Virus record (IMG/VR): IMGVR_UViG_3300014501_000001 | Span: 1-64,000 of that record | Length of the DNA: 64,000 nucleotides | Reading direction: 5' to 3' (one strand) | DNA from: a virus | In this document: piece after piece, positions 49,760 through 59,455 of the stretch | How positions within the stretch are numbered: the stretch's first letter is position 1 | Layout: the number at the start of each line of letters is the position of its first letter | The notes under the pieces: generated by a model | The model's database searches: none | What the model was told of the DNA's origin: nothing | What the model saw: the letters and a program-made list of their open reading frames with translations, nothing else | Program-made: the position numbers and the translations under genes

Positions 49760-51748
49760 GTGAGCACCCCGTATGCGGCGAGCATCATCGTTTCCCCTGC
49801 AGGGAACGGGCAGGCCGGGGTAACCATCTCACCAGGAGGACTGCCAGGGCCGTCAGCGCCGGGTACGTACTACCTGGATTCCTACACCGGATCCGATGAC
49901 GCGAAGATGACGGCGGCCCTGACCGCCCTGTTCGCCGCCACCCCGGCGGGCGGGACGATCATCCTCGCGCCGCGTGCCTACAGCTGCTCGCTCCAGTCGT
50001 GGGCGACGGCCTACAGCGCGGGCGTTGCCACGGCGGTGAAAATCCAGGGCGCCGGCGCGGGCTTCAACGGGGCGTGGGGCGCCCCGGAGGGTGCCACGAC
50101 CGTCACGTTCACCTACTCCGGCAGCGGCGCCGCGATGATGGATTTCCAGCACATCGGCACTATCGAGATATGCGGGATCCAGTTCATCCAGGCGAACACC
50201 GGTAAGCCGTTTTTGCTGACCACGAACGCGACGCCGAACCTGCACGACAACGTGTGGTCCGGCGGCGGCACCGGGGTCACCTGCGCGACGGACGCGATCG
50301 TGCTCGGCGGTACCGGGACCACGGTCGGCTCCGGCGACACCGCCCCGTACCAGGGCTATCAGGGCGACATCTACCGCAACTTCTTCGACGGCATCCGCCG
50401 CCCGGTGCTGTTCCAGGAGTACGCGAACTCCGTCCAGGTCCACGGCAACACCATCTCGCTGACCTGCGGCAGCAACCTCTACCAGGGCTCCGCGTTCGAG
50501 ATGCTGGGGTCGGGCAGCGGCTCCTGCTCGGGCAACGCGGTGTACGGCAACTGCATCGAGTGCACGCACTATTCGTTTGCCGTCCGGGCGCAGTATGCCG
50601 TGGGCAACACGCTCGGCCCGAACGGGCTGTTCGACATGTCAACCCCGTGGATCGCCGGCTACTACCTGGGGCCGAACGCGGGCTCTAACGAGGTCATCGA
50701 CGGGGAGCGCACTACGGTCAGTGCCCCGCTGTGCTGGGACCTGAGTCCCGGCTCGAACAACCGGCAGCGGAACGCGGCGCGCGGCTCCGGGCAGTACGAG
50801 CGCTTCAGTACCCCGGTGGGCTTCTACGGCACGGCAGGACCGCCGCAGAGCTTCTACTTCGGCCAGGGCGTCATCGGGGTCGAGAAGACCGGCAACCAGG
50901 CTTACTGGGAGACCCTGCCGGGAGTCAATCCGTACCCGCAGGTGGCGCTGTTCACGATCGCCGCCACCCAGTTCACTGACGGTAACCTGGTCAGCGGCTC
51001 GCAGTGGGTCACCAGCCTGACCGCCGCTTTCGCCCTCGCCGACGTGGGCCAGGCCATCGGCGCGACCGGGATCCCGTCGCAGACCCAGATCATGCTGACG
51101 GTCACCGCGACCACCGCATTCCCGTGGCAGGCGTCCCGCGCCTACGCGGCCGGGGACGTGATCCGGCCGGCCAGCGCGAACGCTCACCTGTACCAGTGCG
51201 CCGTCGCCGGGACCACTGCTGCCAGCCAGCCCGTGTTCCCCGTCAACGGCAGCACGGTCACTGACGGCGGCGTGACCTGGCAGGATCTCGGCACCTCGGC
51301 CGCCTGCTGCATCAGCAACCCGGCGACCGCGACCGCTAGCGGCGTCACGATCGGCATCTCCCGGGCAGCCGGGACCAGTACCGAGGTCATCGCGTTCGAG
51401 CGGACCCACATCCGCAGTCAGGGCAGCGCGCCGTCCGGGGCTGCCGGTGCCGGGGCGGGCTCATCGCCGTCCGCGATATCGGCCACGGGCACTGACCTGG
51501 CCTTCACGTTCAGTATCACGACGGGCGGATCCGGGACCGCCGCCGGCGCGATGTTCTCGGTGGCGCCGGCGCTCGGCTGGACGGCGGCGCCGCACTTCAC
51601 CATGACGGCCGGGAACTCCGCGACGGCTTCCCTGATGGCGGGCGGGTTCTGGCTGACGACCACCGGCGGCGGCACCGTGACGGCGAGCTTCGTGAACGCC
51701 CCGGTGATCTCCACCGCCTACGTGTTCGCCTTCACGGCCATCCAGTAG
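49760..51748 (+). CDS. Beta-helix (pectin-lyase-like) virion protein with carbohydrate-binding-like motif
   Basis: DDAKMTAAL...GGTIIL; Asn-ladder repeats; WQASRAYAAGDVI...TVTDGGVTW. Confidence 0.7.
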   Translation: MSTPYAASIIVSPAGNGQAGVTISPGGLPGPSAPGTYYLDSYTGSDDAKMTAALTALFAATPAGGTIILAPRAYSCSLQSWATAYSAGVATAVKIQGAGAGFNGAWGAPEGATTVTFTYSGSGAAMMDFQHIGTIEICGIQFIQANTGKPFLLTTNATPNLHDNVWSGGGTGVTCATDAIVLGGTGTTVGSGDTAPYQGYQGDIYRNFFDGIRRPVLFQEYANSVQVHGNTISLTCGSNLYQGSAFEMLGSGSGSCSGNAVYGNCIECTHYSFAVRAQYAVGNTLGPNGLFDMSTPWIAGYYLGPNAGSNEVIDGERTTVSAPLCWDLSPGSNNRQRNAARGSGQYERFSTPVGFYGTAGPPQSFYFGQGVIGVEKTGNQAYWETLPGVNPYPQVALFTIAATQFTDGNLVSGSQWVTSLTAAFALADVGQAIGATGIPSQTQIMLTVTATTAFPWQASRAYAAGDVIRPASANAHLYQCAVAGTTAASQPVFPVNGSTVTDGGVTWQDLGTSAACCISNPATATASGVTIGISRAAGTSTEVIAFERTHIRSQGSAPSGAAGAGAGSSPSAISATGTDLAFTFSITTGGSGTAAGAMFSVAPALGWTAAPHFTMTAGNSATASLMAGGFWLTTTGGGTVTASFVNAPVISTAYVFAFTAIQ

Positions 51749-51756
51749 GGGGGCGC

Positions 51757-52005
51757 ATGGGCACTCTTGTCACAGGCGCCGGGGCGGCAAACACCGTCTG
51801 CGCGGTCCAGCCGGGGATGCACGTGAAGCCTGTTGTCCTGGTGAGCTTCGCGGGCGTGATGGTCACCGCCGGGACCGCTACCACGAGCGCGCCGGGGCTG
51901 GTCACGGGCGCTGGCGCGGCCAACGCGGCCGTCCAGGTCCAGCCCGGCATGAAGGTTCTCCCCGTGATCGTCGTGGATGGCACCGGGGCCTACGTCTACG
52001 CATAG
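51757..52005 (+). CDS. Small protein made of two internal repeats; the same motif starts the next gene
   Basis: LVTGAGAANxxxxVQPGM twice; LATGAGAPNTVVEIQPGM at 52047. Confidence 0.65.
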   Translation: MGTLVTGAGAANTVCAVQPGMHVKPVVLVSFAGVMVTAGTATTSAPGLVTGAGAANAAVQVQPGMKVLPVIVVDGTGAYVYA

Positions 52006-52046
52006 CCCCCGGCCCGTCCTGCCCGTTCCCAGATCCACGGAGGTGC

Positions 52047-53633
52047 ATGACAGGGAGCCTTGCCACGGGTGCGGGTGCACCAAATACCGTTGTTGAAATC
52101 CAGCCCGGAATGCTGGTCCAGGCTGTCACATTGGTTGACGAATCGGGCAACCCGGTCACCCCCGGCGGCGGGACCGCGACCGCGCTGGCCACCCTGACGA
52201 CGCCCGTTAACGTCTCGGGTGCGACCGCGCCGACAGCGAATCAGGTCCTGACCGCCGTCAGCGCCTCGGTGGCCACCTGGCAGGCGTCATCCTCGGGGTT
52301 CGCTAACCCGATGACGACCCAGGGTGACCTGATCTACGAGAACGCCACCCCGGCAGCGGCCCGTCTCGCGGGCCCCACGTCGGCGACGAGGCAGTACCTC
52401 CAGTCCACCGGCACCGGGGCAGCGCCGCAGAACCCGGCCTGGGGCACCATCGCCGCCGGCGACGTCCCCACCCTGAACCAAAACACGACGGGCACGGCGC
52501 TCAACGTGACCGGAACCGTCGCTACCACGAACGGCGGCACGGGCGTAGCGGCGGCAAGCGCTGCCGCCGCCTTCAACGCCCTGTCGCCGCTGACGACTGC
52601 CGGTGACACCCTCTACGGCGGCACGTCCGGGGCGGGCACGCGGCTGGCGGGGCCGGCTGCGGCAACGAAGAACTTCCTGACCAGCACGGGAACCGGCTCA
52701 GCGGCGCAGGCGCCAGCGTGGGCAACTATCGTCTCCGGTGACCTCCCCGGTGCCACCACGTCAGCCCAGGGCGCGGTCGTCTTCGACGGGACCGCAGGCG
52801 ATATCCAGCCGGTAGGCACCCAGGCAGCGGGCGCGGTCGGCAAGGCCGCCGACGCGGGCCATGTCCACGGCCCGGCGTTCTTCGCCCAGTACACCGCGAC
52901 GCCGGGCACGCAGCCCACCCTCGCGACGGGAACGTACGAGCTGACAGCCGTGGGCGCCGGCGGCGGCGGTTCCGGCGGAGGCACGTCCTCCAACGCGGCC
53001 ACCCAGTCGGGCGGCGCCGGCGGCGGCTCGGGGGCGACTGCCCGCATGATCGCCGTCCTGGGGTCCGCGACGACGCTGACCGTCACCATCGGGGCGGGCG
53101 GCGGCGGCGGGGCGGGCGGCGCGGCGAATGGCGCCCCCGGCTCGCAGGGCGCTAACGGCGCCAGCACCACCATCACCGGGACCGGTGTTTCCCTTACGGC
53201 TTTCGGCGGGTCGCCGGGGCGCCACGCGACCACCAACTCGGCTGCGGCGGCGAACGGCGGCGGCTGGGGCGGCGGCAGTTACAACACGCAGAACGTGGCC
53301 AATGCGTCGCCGCCTGGCAGCGGCCAGGCGTCGGCGGCAGGCGGCACCTCGGGCGGCGGCGCCCCGGTTGACCTCGCGGGCGGCGGCGGCGGCGCGGGCG
53401 GCTCCGCGAATGCCACGCTCGGCGGCGGCGCCGGCGGTCCCGGGCTGGCGAGCGCCGGCGGCCTGGTCGGCACCGACAACACGTCCGGCACCACGTCAGG
53501 CGGCACGGCTGCCACCGCTACCACGATCGGCGCCGGGGGCGGCGGCGGCGGTGGCGGCGCTAACACGACCGGCACGGGCGGCACTGGCGGTACTGGCGGT
53601 CCCGGCTTCGCGATGATCCGCCGCATAGCCTGA
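52047..53633 (+). CDS. Gly/Thr/Ala-rich fibre-like virion protein
   Basis: TTxGDxxY repeats; glycine-rich C-terminal domain. Confidence 0.75.
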   Translation: MTGSLATGAGAPNTVVEIQPGMLVQAVTLVDESGNPVTPGGGTATALATLTTPVNVSGATAPTANQVLTAVSASVATWQASSSGFANPMTTQGDLIYENATPAAARLAGPTSATRQYLQSTGTGAAPQNPAWGTIAAGDVPTLNQNTTGTALNVTGTVATTNGGTGVAAASAAAAFNALSPLTTAGDTLYGGTSGAGTRLAGPAAATKNFLTSTGTGSAAQAPAWATIVSGDLPGATTSAQGAVVFDGTAGDIQPVGTQAAGAVGKAADAGHVHGPAFFAQYTATPGTQPTLATGTYELTAVGAGGGGSGGGTSSNAATQSGGAGGGSGATARMIAVLGSATTLTVTIGAGGGGGAGGAANGAPGSQGANGASTTITGTGVSLTAFGGSPGRHATTNSAAAANGGGWGGGSYNTQNVANASPPGSGQASAAGGTSGGGAPVDLAGGGGGAGGSANATLGGGAGGPGLASAGGLVGTDNTSGTTSGGTAATATTIGAGGGGGGGGANTTGTGGTGGTGGPGFAMIRRIA

Positions 53634-53708
53634 CCGCCCTCTTAGCGATCTTCGTTTCTTCCCTTCTGCCGCCACGGCGGTGTACCCGATCTGCATCCAC
53701 GGAGGTGC

Positions 53709-56399
53709 ATGGCAGCCACACTGACCGCCGGCAACGACCTTGCTTTCGCGAGTTTTCCCATCGAAAAGTGGGAGGACGGCCCGGACGGCTCGGTCTACGT
53801 CTACGGGAAGGCATCGACGCCCGAGATCGACACGGACGATCAGGTGGTCTCGCCCGATTTCTCGGGCCCGGCTCTCAAGCAGTGGATGGAAGCGCCCGCG
53901 CTCCGGGTGAACCATCAGGCCCGCCGCGACCCGGCCGGATCGGGCATTCACGTCGAGATTGACCGGGATGGCGACGGCGCCCACTGGGTGAAGTCGATCG
54001 TGGCCGAGAAGGAAGCGGTCCGGCTGGTCAAGGGCGGCCACCTGCGCGCCTACTCCATCGGCATCGCCCGGCCCGTCATCGAGCGCGACATGACCGGGAA
54101 GGCGCGCGGCGGCATCATCACGGGCGGCGTCATCGCCGAGGTCAGCCTGGTCGATTCGCCCGCGAACAGGTCATGTTTCCTAGAACTGGTCAAAGCGGAC
54201 AAGAACGGCGACGCGCAGTGGTCCGGCAAGGTGTTCGGCGCTGACGACTTCCTCGCCAAGGACGCCGCCCCGGACCTGATCAAGGGCACCGTCTCCTTCT
54301 CCCCTGATGACCTCGCCAAGCTTCTCCAGCACCGCAAGGTCGCCGAGGAGCGCGAAGCGGAAGTCACCAAGGCGGCGGCGGGAGCCGACGAGGCCGGCGG
54401 CGACAACGCTGCGGCTGACCAGGAGGACGAGTCCGGCAACGCCGACATGGAGAACGCCGACGACACGGACGCGCCGAAGGCAGCGGAGCCGGACGCGGCA
54501 GAGGTTGCCGTGGCCGATGCGGTGAAGGCGGTAGAGGTCGCCGTCTACAAGCGGGACGTCTCCGCAGCGGAGCGCAAGGAACTCGCCGGCAAGGGCCACG
54601 CGCTCAAGGACGGTTCCTACCCGATCGCCAACGCCGAGGATCTGGGCAACGCGGCGATCCTGGCCCGCTCCGGTCACGGTGACGTGGCAGCCGCGAAGGC
54701 GCTGATCGCCAAGCGCGCGAGTGAACTGGGCGTGGCCAACCCGCTCGACGACGACGCGGAGAAGGCCGCCACGGCCGATGACGCGCCCGCCGTTCCTGTC
54801 GCTGACAAGGCCGCGAAGCCGAAGATGGCGTGCCCGTCGTGCGGCAAGAAGTCCGGGGCGAAGAACCCGTTCTGCTTCAAGTGCGGCAAGAAGATGACCC
54901 CGGACACCGATGACAAGGCCGACAAGGCCGCATCCCCGACGCCCGCCGATGGCGTGAAGGACGCGCCGCCGGCCGAGCCCGTCACCCCGCACCGGGAGCC
55001 TGACGGGGTGGCGATGGAACAGCTCGAGGACGACGCGCACCTGGAGGGCGGCAACCCGGACGAGGGCGGCGAGCGCGCGGCCGAGGCCGCCGTAGCGCCT
55101 CCCGCAGCCGAGGACGCCCAGGTGGGCAAGACGGCCGGCTCCGAGGCCGCGTCGTGGCGGATCAGGGAGGCCGGCGCCTCGTGGGGCGAGGGGATCCTGC
55201 ATGATTTCCTGTGCCCCGCGTTCTCCCCGGACGCGACCGCGAAGTCCTACCCCGGCCAGACCCTCGCCGCCGTCGCGGACCCGGCGGAATGGCAGTCGAA
55301 GGCACTGTCGGCCGCGATCGACGCCCCGATCCCGGAGGCGGGCAAGGCGCAGCGCCGCTGGCAGGATGCCCTGACCATCGCCGGCACGGACGCCGAGACG
55401 GTCACGGGCCTGCGCTGGGAGGCGCACAAGGCGTTCGCCGACGCGAACCCCGGCCCCTCCGCGTACCCGACTCCGGGCGAGTTGCGCCCGCAGTCGTTCC
55501 GGCGCCCGATCCTCACTGACGGGCAGTCCCCGAGCCCGGCGGCGTCCGGCGCCAGCCCGTCGCACATCACGGCCGATCACATCTCGGCTACGGACTTCAC
55601 CCGCGGCCCGCTCACCGGAGGCCAGGAAGCCTCCAGCGAGCCAGAGGGAGACAACGGCTCCCAGGGCGTCCCGTCAGTGCCGGGGAAGCCGCAGCGGACC
55701 TTCTACCGCAACACGAGCCGCGACGGCGCCAGGGCCGCGATGGCGTCCATGCACGACCACATCGCGGGAACGTTCCCCGACCTGTGCCCCATGCACGGGC
55801 CCGGGATGGGCGGCCAGCCGCCGGCGGGCGCGCGTCCCGTCCCGGTGCCGGGAACCCGGAAGGCAGAGGACGAGCCGGAGGTTGTCAAGGCAGCGGCGCC
55901 GGCAGGCAAGCCGGCCAAGGTGGCGTGCCCGTGCGGCAAGAAGGCCCGTCCCGGCAAGTTCTGCCCCGGCTGCGGCGAGAAGATGCCGATGAAGGGCGGC
56001 ATGGCTGCCAAGGCAGCGGACCCGCTGCCCGCCGTCGCCGCGCTCCCGGTCCCGTCGCTGGACGCCGCGGCGCTCCAGGCAGCCGTCGAGAAGGCCATCG
56101 CCCCTCTCGCCGCCAGGCTTGAGCAGCAGGGCGATCTCATCGACCAGATGGCCTCTGCCCCTGACCCCCGCTATGCCCCGTTCAAGGCCGTGGCTGCCGG
56201 CGGGGTGCTCCCGAAGGCCCTCCAGCCGGCCCCGGCGGTACCTGAGCGGAGCGCCGTGGAGAAGGCAGCCAGCAACGTGCAGGAAACCCTCCTGCGCGAC
56301 CTCCAGTACCAGGCCCGCAACGACCCGGACCCCGGCAGGCGGGAAGTCGCCTGGCAGGAGCTGACCAGGCTGCTGAACGTCGCGGGCGGCACGCGGTAG
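53709..56399 (+). CDS. Prohead protease fused to scaffold with accessory domains and Zn ribbons
   Basis: VYGKAST..IDTDDQVV, RVNH, AYSIG, EVSLVDSPAN; DGSYPI domain; CPSCG/CPCG. Confidence 0.85.
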   Translation: MAATLTAGNDLAFASFPIEKWEDGPDGSVYVYGKASTPEIDTDDQVVSPDFSGPALKQWMEAPALRVNHQARRDPAGSGIHVEIDRDGDGAHWVKSIVAEKEAVRLVKGGHLRAYSIGIARPVIERDMTGKARGGIITGGVIAEVSLVDSPANRSCFLELVKADKNGDAQWSGKVFGADDFLAKDAAPDLIKGTVSFSPDDLAKLLQHRKVAEEREAEVTKAAAGADEAGGDNAAADQEDESGNADMENADDTDAPKAAEPDAAEVAVADAVKAVEVAVYKRDVSAAERKELAGKGHALKDGSYPIANAEDLGNAAILARSGHGDVAAAKALIAKRASELGVANPLDDDAEKAATADDAPAVPVADKAAKPKMACPSCGKKSGAKNPFCFKCGKKMTPDTDDKADKAASPTPADGVKDAPPAEPVTPHREPDGVAMEQLEDDAHLEGGNPDEGGERAAEAAVAPPAAEDAQVGKTAGSEAASWRIREAGASWGEGILHDFLCPAFSPDATAKSYPGQTLAAVADPAEWQSKALSAAIDAPIPEAGKAQRRWQDALTIAGTDAETVTGLRWEAHKAFADANPGPSAYPTPGELRPQSFRRPILTDGQSPSPAASGASPSHITADHISATDFTRGPLTGGQEASSEPEGDNGSQGVPSVPGKPQRTFYRNTSRDGARAAMASMHDHIAGTFPDLCPMHGPGMGGQPPAGARPVPVPGTRKAEDEPEVVKAAAPAGKPAKVACPCGKKARPGKFCPGCGEKMPMKGGMAAKAADPLPAVAALPVPSLDAAALQAAVEKAIAPLAARLEQQGDLIDQMASAPDPRYAPFKAVAAGGVLPKALQPAPAVPERSAVEKAASNVQETLLRDLQYQARNDPDPGRREVAWQELTRLLNVAGGTR

Positions 56400-57073
56400 G
56401 CAATCACCAAAGGAGGAAGCGTGATGACCATTCTCGATGGCGCCGAGTCGCCCCCGCGCGCCTGGAAGATCGGCCGCTACACGTTCCAGCACGAGGTCTA
56501 CCCTCCCGGCGCTCCCCGGCGCTCCTGGTCCTGCGGCGTCCGGTACGGCCCGGCGGGGCCTGTTGGCGCGGGCGGTCGCAAGTCGCCGCTCTCGGCGCTT
56601 CTTGCCGCTCGCCGCTTCGAGCGCGAATGCGTTGCCGCCACGGCGGCCGGTCATGCGTGAGGGATGGCGCTGCCCGGCGTGCTCGCGGATCAACTCGCCG
56701 GACCTGGACTGGTGCCCGTGCTCGGGCGGCAGCGCAGGCGTGATGGCCCCCGCAACGCCCGTCTACCCGGGCACGTCAGGCGGCACGACGACCTTCACGT
56801 CCGGCGGGGCAGGCGGTTCCGGCGGCGGCGGCGTGCCGGGCATTACCGTCACCTACCACGTGGCCGGCAGCGTAGTCACCGAGCAGGAACTAGCCCGCCA
56901 GATCCGCAAGAGCGCGCTGGCGCGGACCCTGCGCAACACGGGCCGCGCAGCCTGACCCGCAAACGTCCCTTTCAGCGGTGCTGAGAGGTAACGACTGCCC
57001 GAGCGCGGCGCGCACGGGCCAGACCCCATAGGAGACAACAAGAACGCAACTACCAGCACCCAATAAGGAGTGC

Positions 57074-57772
57074 ATGGCGGACATTCTCGAAGCAACGATC
57101 GCCCCGGCTGACCAGCTCAGCCCCACGGGCGCAGAGGTCGCCGGCAACGTCGCGCAGTTCTCCCGCACGGGGGAAATGCTGAAGGCCCGGCTCCCGAACC
57201 TCGTCAAGGGAGCAGGCTACGCCGGGACCGGCAACGCCCCCCTCACCGACGAGATCCAGATCATGACCAAGGCATCCCAGGCCGCTATCGACCTGCGGCA
57301 GGCAACCTGGGACGGCATCACCGACAAGCCGGCCGTGGTCAAGGGCATGAACCAGGGGTTCCTGAACCAGTTCGGGTACCTGAAGACGGCCCTGACGGCC
57401 CCGTCGCTGATGGACACCCTCGCGGGTGTCTTCGGGCAGATGCCCGGCGGCAGCGAGGCGTTCAAGAATTTCACGGCCGGCAATCTCGGGGTGGGGTCGG
57501 TGTACGGTTTGGTGCCGTTTGACCTCATGCGACCGAGTCGTCTGATCTACCCGGTATATACCGTTTTCCGCAACAAATTCCCACGGCCCCAGGGCCAGGG
57601 CACGAGCGCGCAGGAACGGGTCATCACCGGCATCTCTGGCAGCCAGACCGGCGGCCAGGGTGTCCTCGACGTGTCCATCACCGAGCTGGTTCAGAGCGGC
57701 GGTACGTTCTCGAACTGGCCCCTCAACCTGCCGCCTTCGGGCTCGCAGACTGAGGTCTTCCTCAATGTGCCT
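57074..57772 (+). CDS. Major capsid protein, exon 1
   Basis: Position after protease/scaffold; FDLMRPSRLIYPVYTVFRNKFPR; ends ...LNVP at the P1 U.G pair. Confidence 0.8.
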
Positions 57773-59120
57773 TGCATCCTGTAGGGCCGCCGCGCCGCGA
57801 GGCGCACGCGATAACCGCGAGAATTGCTGGAAAGCCCGTACCACATGCACATGCCACAACGTGGGGCGAAAGCCCGAGCGTGATGGCCTGAAAAATGTGC
57901 ATTAGGGGTAATCAGCAGCCGAGCCCGCCTGGACCGCGACACGCGGCACCGACGGGATGGTTCAGAGACTATGCACGCGGGTTCTGGTAATCTTTAACGA
58001 TGGAGATTAATAACGATGACTGGCAGATAATGGCCGGTCAGGAGCGGGAAGAGTTCATTCGGCGCTACGTGGCTGGCGAGGCCCTGACATCCCTCGCCAG
58101 GGAGTATCACCACGGGCCTGCCACGCTGAGGGCAATCCTCGTCAGCGTGGGGGTGCCAGTCCGGACAAGGCCCGGATACGCCAAGGGCAGGAAGTGGTCA
58201 GAAGCGCAGCGTGAAGCTCACAGGCGCACAACTAGCACCCCTGAGCACAGGCAGAAGATGCGCGCGATCATGCTGAAACGCCTCCCGGTCATGCGCGGAG
58301 CGGCGACGAACTCTCCGATCGAGCGCCGGATGCAAGATGCGCTCATGGCGGTCGGCATCGGCTTCACAACGCAGTCTGTCCTGCTGGACCGCTACCTGGT
58401 GGACATCGAGATCCACCAGGCACCCATCGTGATTGAGGCTGACGGCGCGCAGCACACACTGCGCATCCAGAAGGCCAAGGACGCCGAGCGCGACACGGCT
58501 CTCACTGCCGCCGGGTACCGGGTTTTCCGGTTCACGGGCAGCGAGATCAATGCCGACGCCGTGCTGTGTGTCCGGCGTGTTATCGACGCTTGCTTCCTGG
58601 TTCCCGACCAGGAGCCCATCTATGAAATCCGCACGGCTTTCACTGGCGAACTCCACCCGCTCTGGAAGGGCGGCAAGCGGGAGTTCACCTGCGAGATCTG
58701 CGGGGTCGTGTTCATGGCTCAGCCTGCGCACCGCAAGGGGCCGCACATCTACTGCAGCATGCAGTGCAATGGTGCAGCCAAGCGCGGCAAGACGGCGAGT
58801 GCTGAGACCCGTGCCAAGATCAGCGCCGCGAATAGGGGCAAGGAGCGCAAGCCCCCGCCACCGTTCACGGCCGAGCATCGCGCCAAGATCAGCGCAGGGC
58901 TTAAGGGCAGGCCAAAGACTGCGGAGCACGCCGCCAAGGTTGGTGCAGCGCAGGCTGGCAGGCCAAAGTCCGCCGAGACTCGGGCAAAGATCAGCGAAAC
59001 GCTCAAGCGTCGAAACGCAAACCAGAACAAGATAGAGTCCGCTCTGCATGGAGACATGCAGAGGCCGGCAGAAATGACCGGCCCCGCCACCCTGTTCTGA
59101 GGGCGGCGAGTAACAACAGG
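57773..59120 (+). ncRNA. Group I intron 1 carrying a homing endonuclease in L8
   Basis: IGS GUAGGGC pairs with GCCU|UAC; P GAAUUGCUGGAA, Q AAUCAGCAG, R GUUCAGAGACUA, S AAGAUAGAGUCC; P8 GUUCUGGU/ACCAGAAC; terminal G. Confidence 0.92.
58000..59100 (+). CDS. Intron-encoded Vsr-like/DUF559 (EDxHD-type) endonuclease with NUMOD3-like repeats
   Basis: SPIE, YLVDI, IEADGAQH, DAERD, GYRVFRF; SAETRAKIS repeats. Confidence 0.85.
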   Translation: MEINNDDWQIMAGQEREEFIRRYVAGEALTSLAREYHHGPATLRAILVSVGVPVRTRPGYAKGRKWSEAQREAHRRTTSTPEHRQKMRAIMLKRLPVMRGAATNSPIERRMQDALMAVGIGFTTQSVLLDRYLVDIEIHQAPIVIEADGAQHTLRIQKAKDAERDTALTAAGYRVFRFTGSEINADAVLCVRRVIDACFLVPDQEPIYEIRTAFTGELHPLWKGGKREFTCEICGVVFMAQPAHRKGPHIYCSMQCNGAAKRGKTASAETRAKISAANRGKERKPPPPFTAEHRAKISAGLKGRPKTAEHAAKVGAAQAGRPKSAETRAKISETLKRRNANQNKIESALHGDMQRPAEMTGPATLF

Positions 59121-59180
59121 TACCGTTTCTTCGGCATCAGCGAGCAGCTTTCCTGGCTCGCGCAGTTCGCAGGACAGGGT
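59121..59180 (+). CDS. Major capsid protein, exon 2 (20 codons)
   Basis: YRFFGISEQLSWLAQFAGQG; in frame after both splices. Confidence 0.85.
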
Positions 59181-59455
59181 CAACTTAGAGGCCCCCTCGC
59201 AGGGTGACCTGCGAGTTCACTCGGCACCGTAACGGTGAACCCCGCCAAGCCAAGGGGAATACCGTGGAAACCTCGCACTACAGGGTTCCGTAGAGAGCAA
59301 GCGTGCCGCGCCTGTGTCATGGGACCTGCCCCGAGTGCATCAGGGGCAGCGGACCGCAGGCGAAGTTGTGCTCCGGGCTCGCGCGATGGAAAAGCGCGAG
59401 AGGCGTCCAGAAATGAGGCGCCCGGCCGTCCCCAGTGGCGGCAGGTAACAGTTCG
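59181..59455 (+). ncRNA. Group I intron 2, ORF-less, 275 nt
   Basis: IGS GAGGCCC pairs with GGGU|UUC; P3 CGGCAC/GUGCCG; AACGGUGAA, AAUACCGUGG, CGUAGAGAGCA, AAGUUGUGCUCC; terminal G. Confidence 0.85.

Noticed and set aside
52960-53610. GGC-rich repeats as a CRISPR array or DNA repeat element
   Set aside because: Explained by glycine-rich coding; no repeat-spacer periodicity or cas operon in the window
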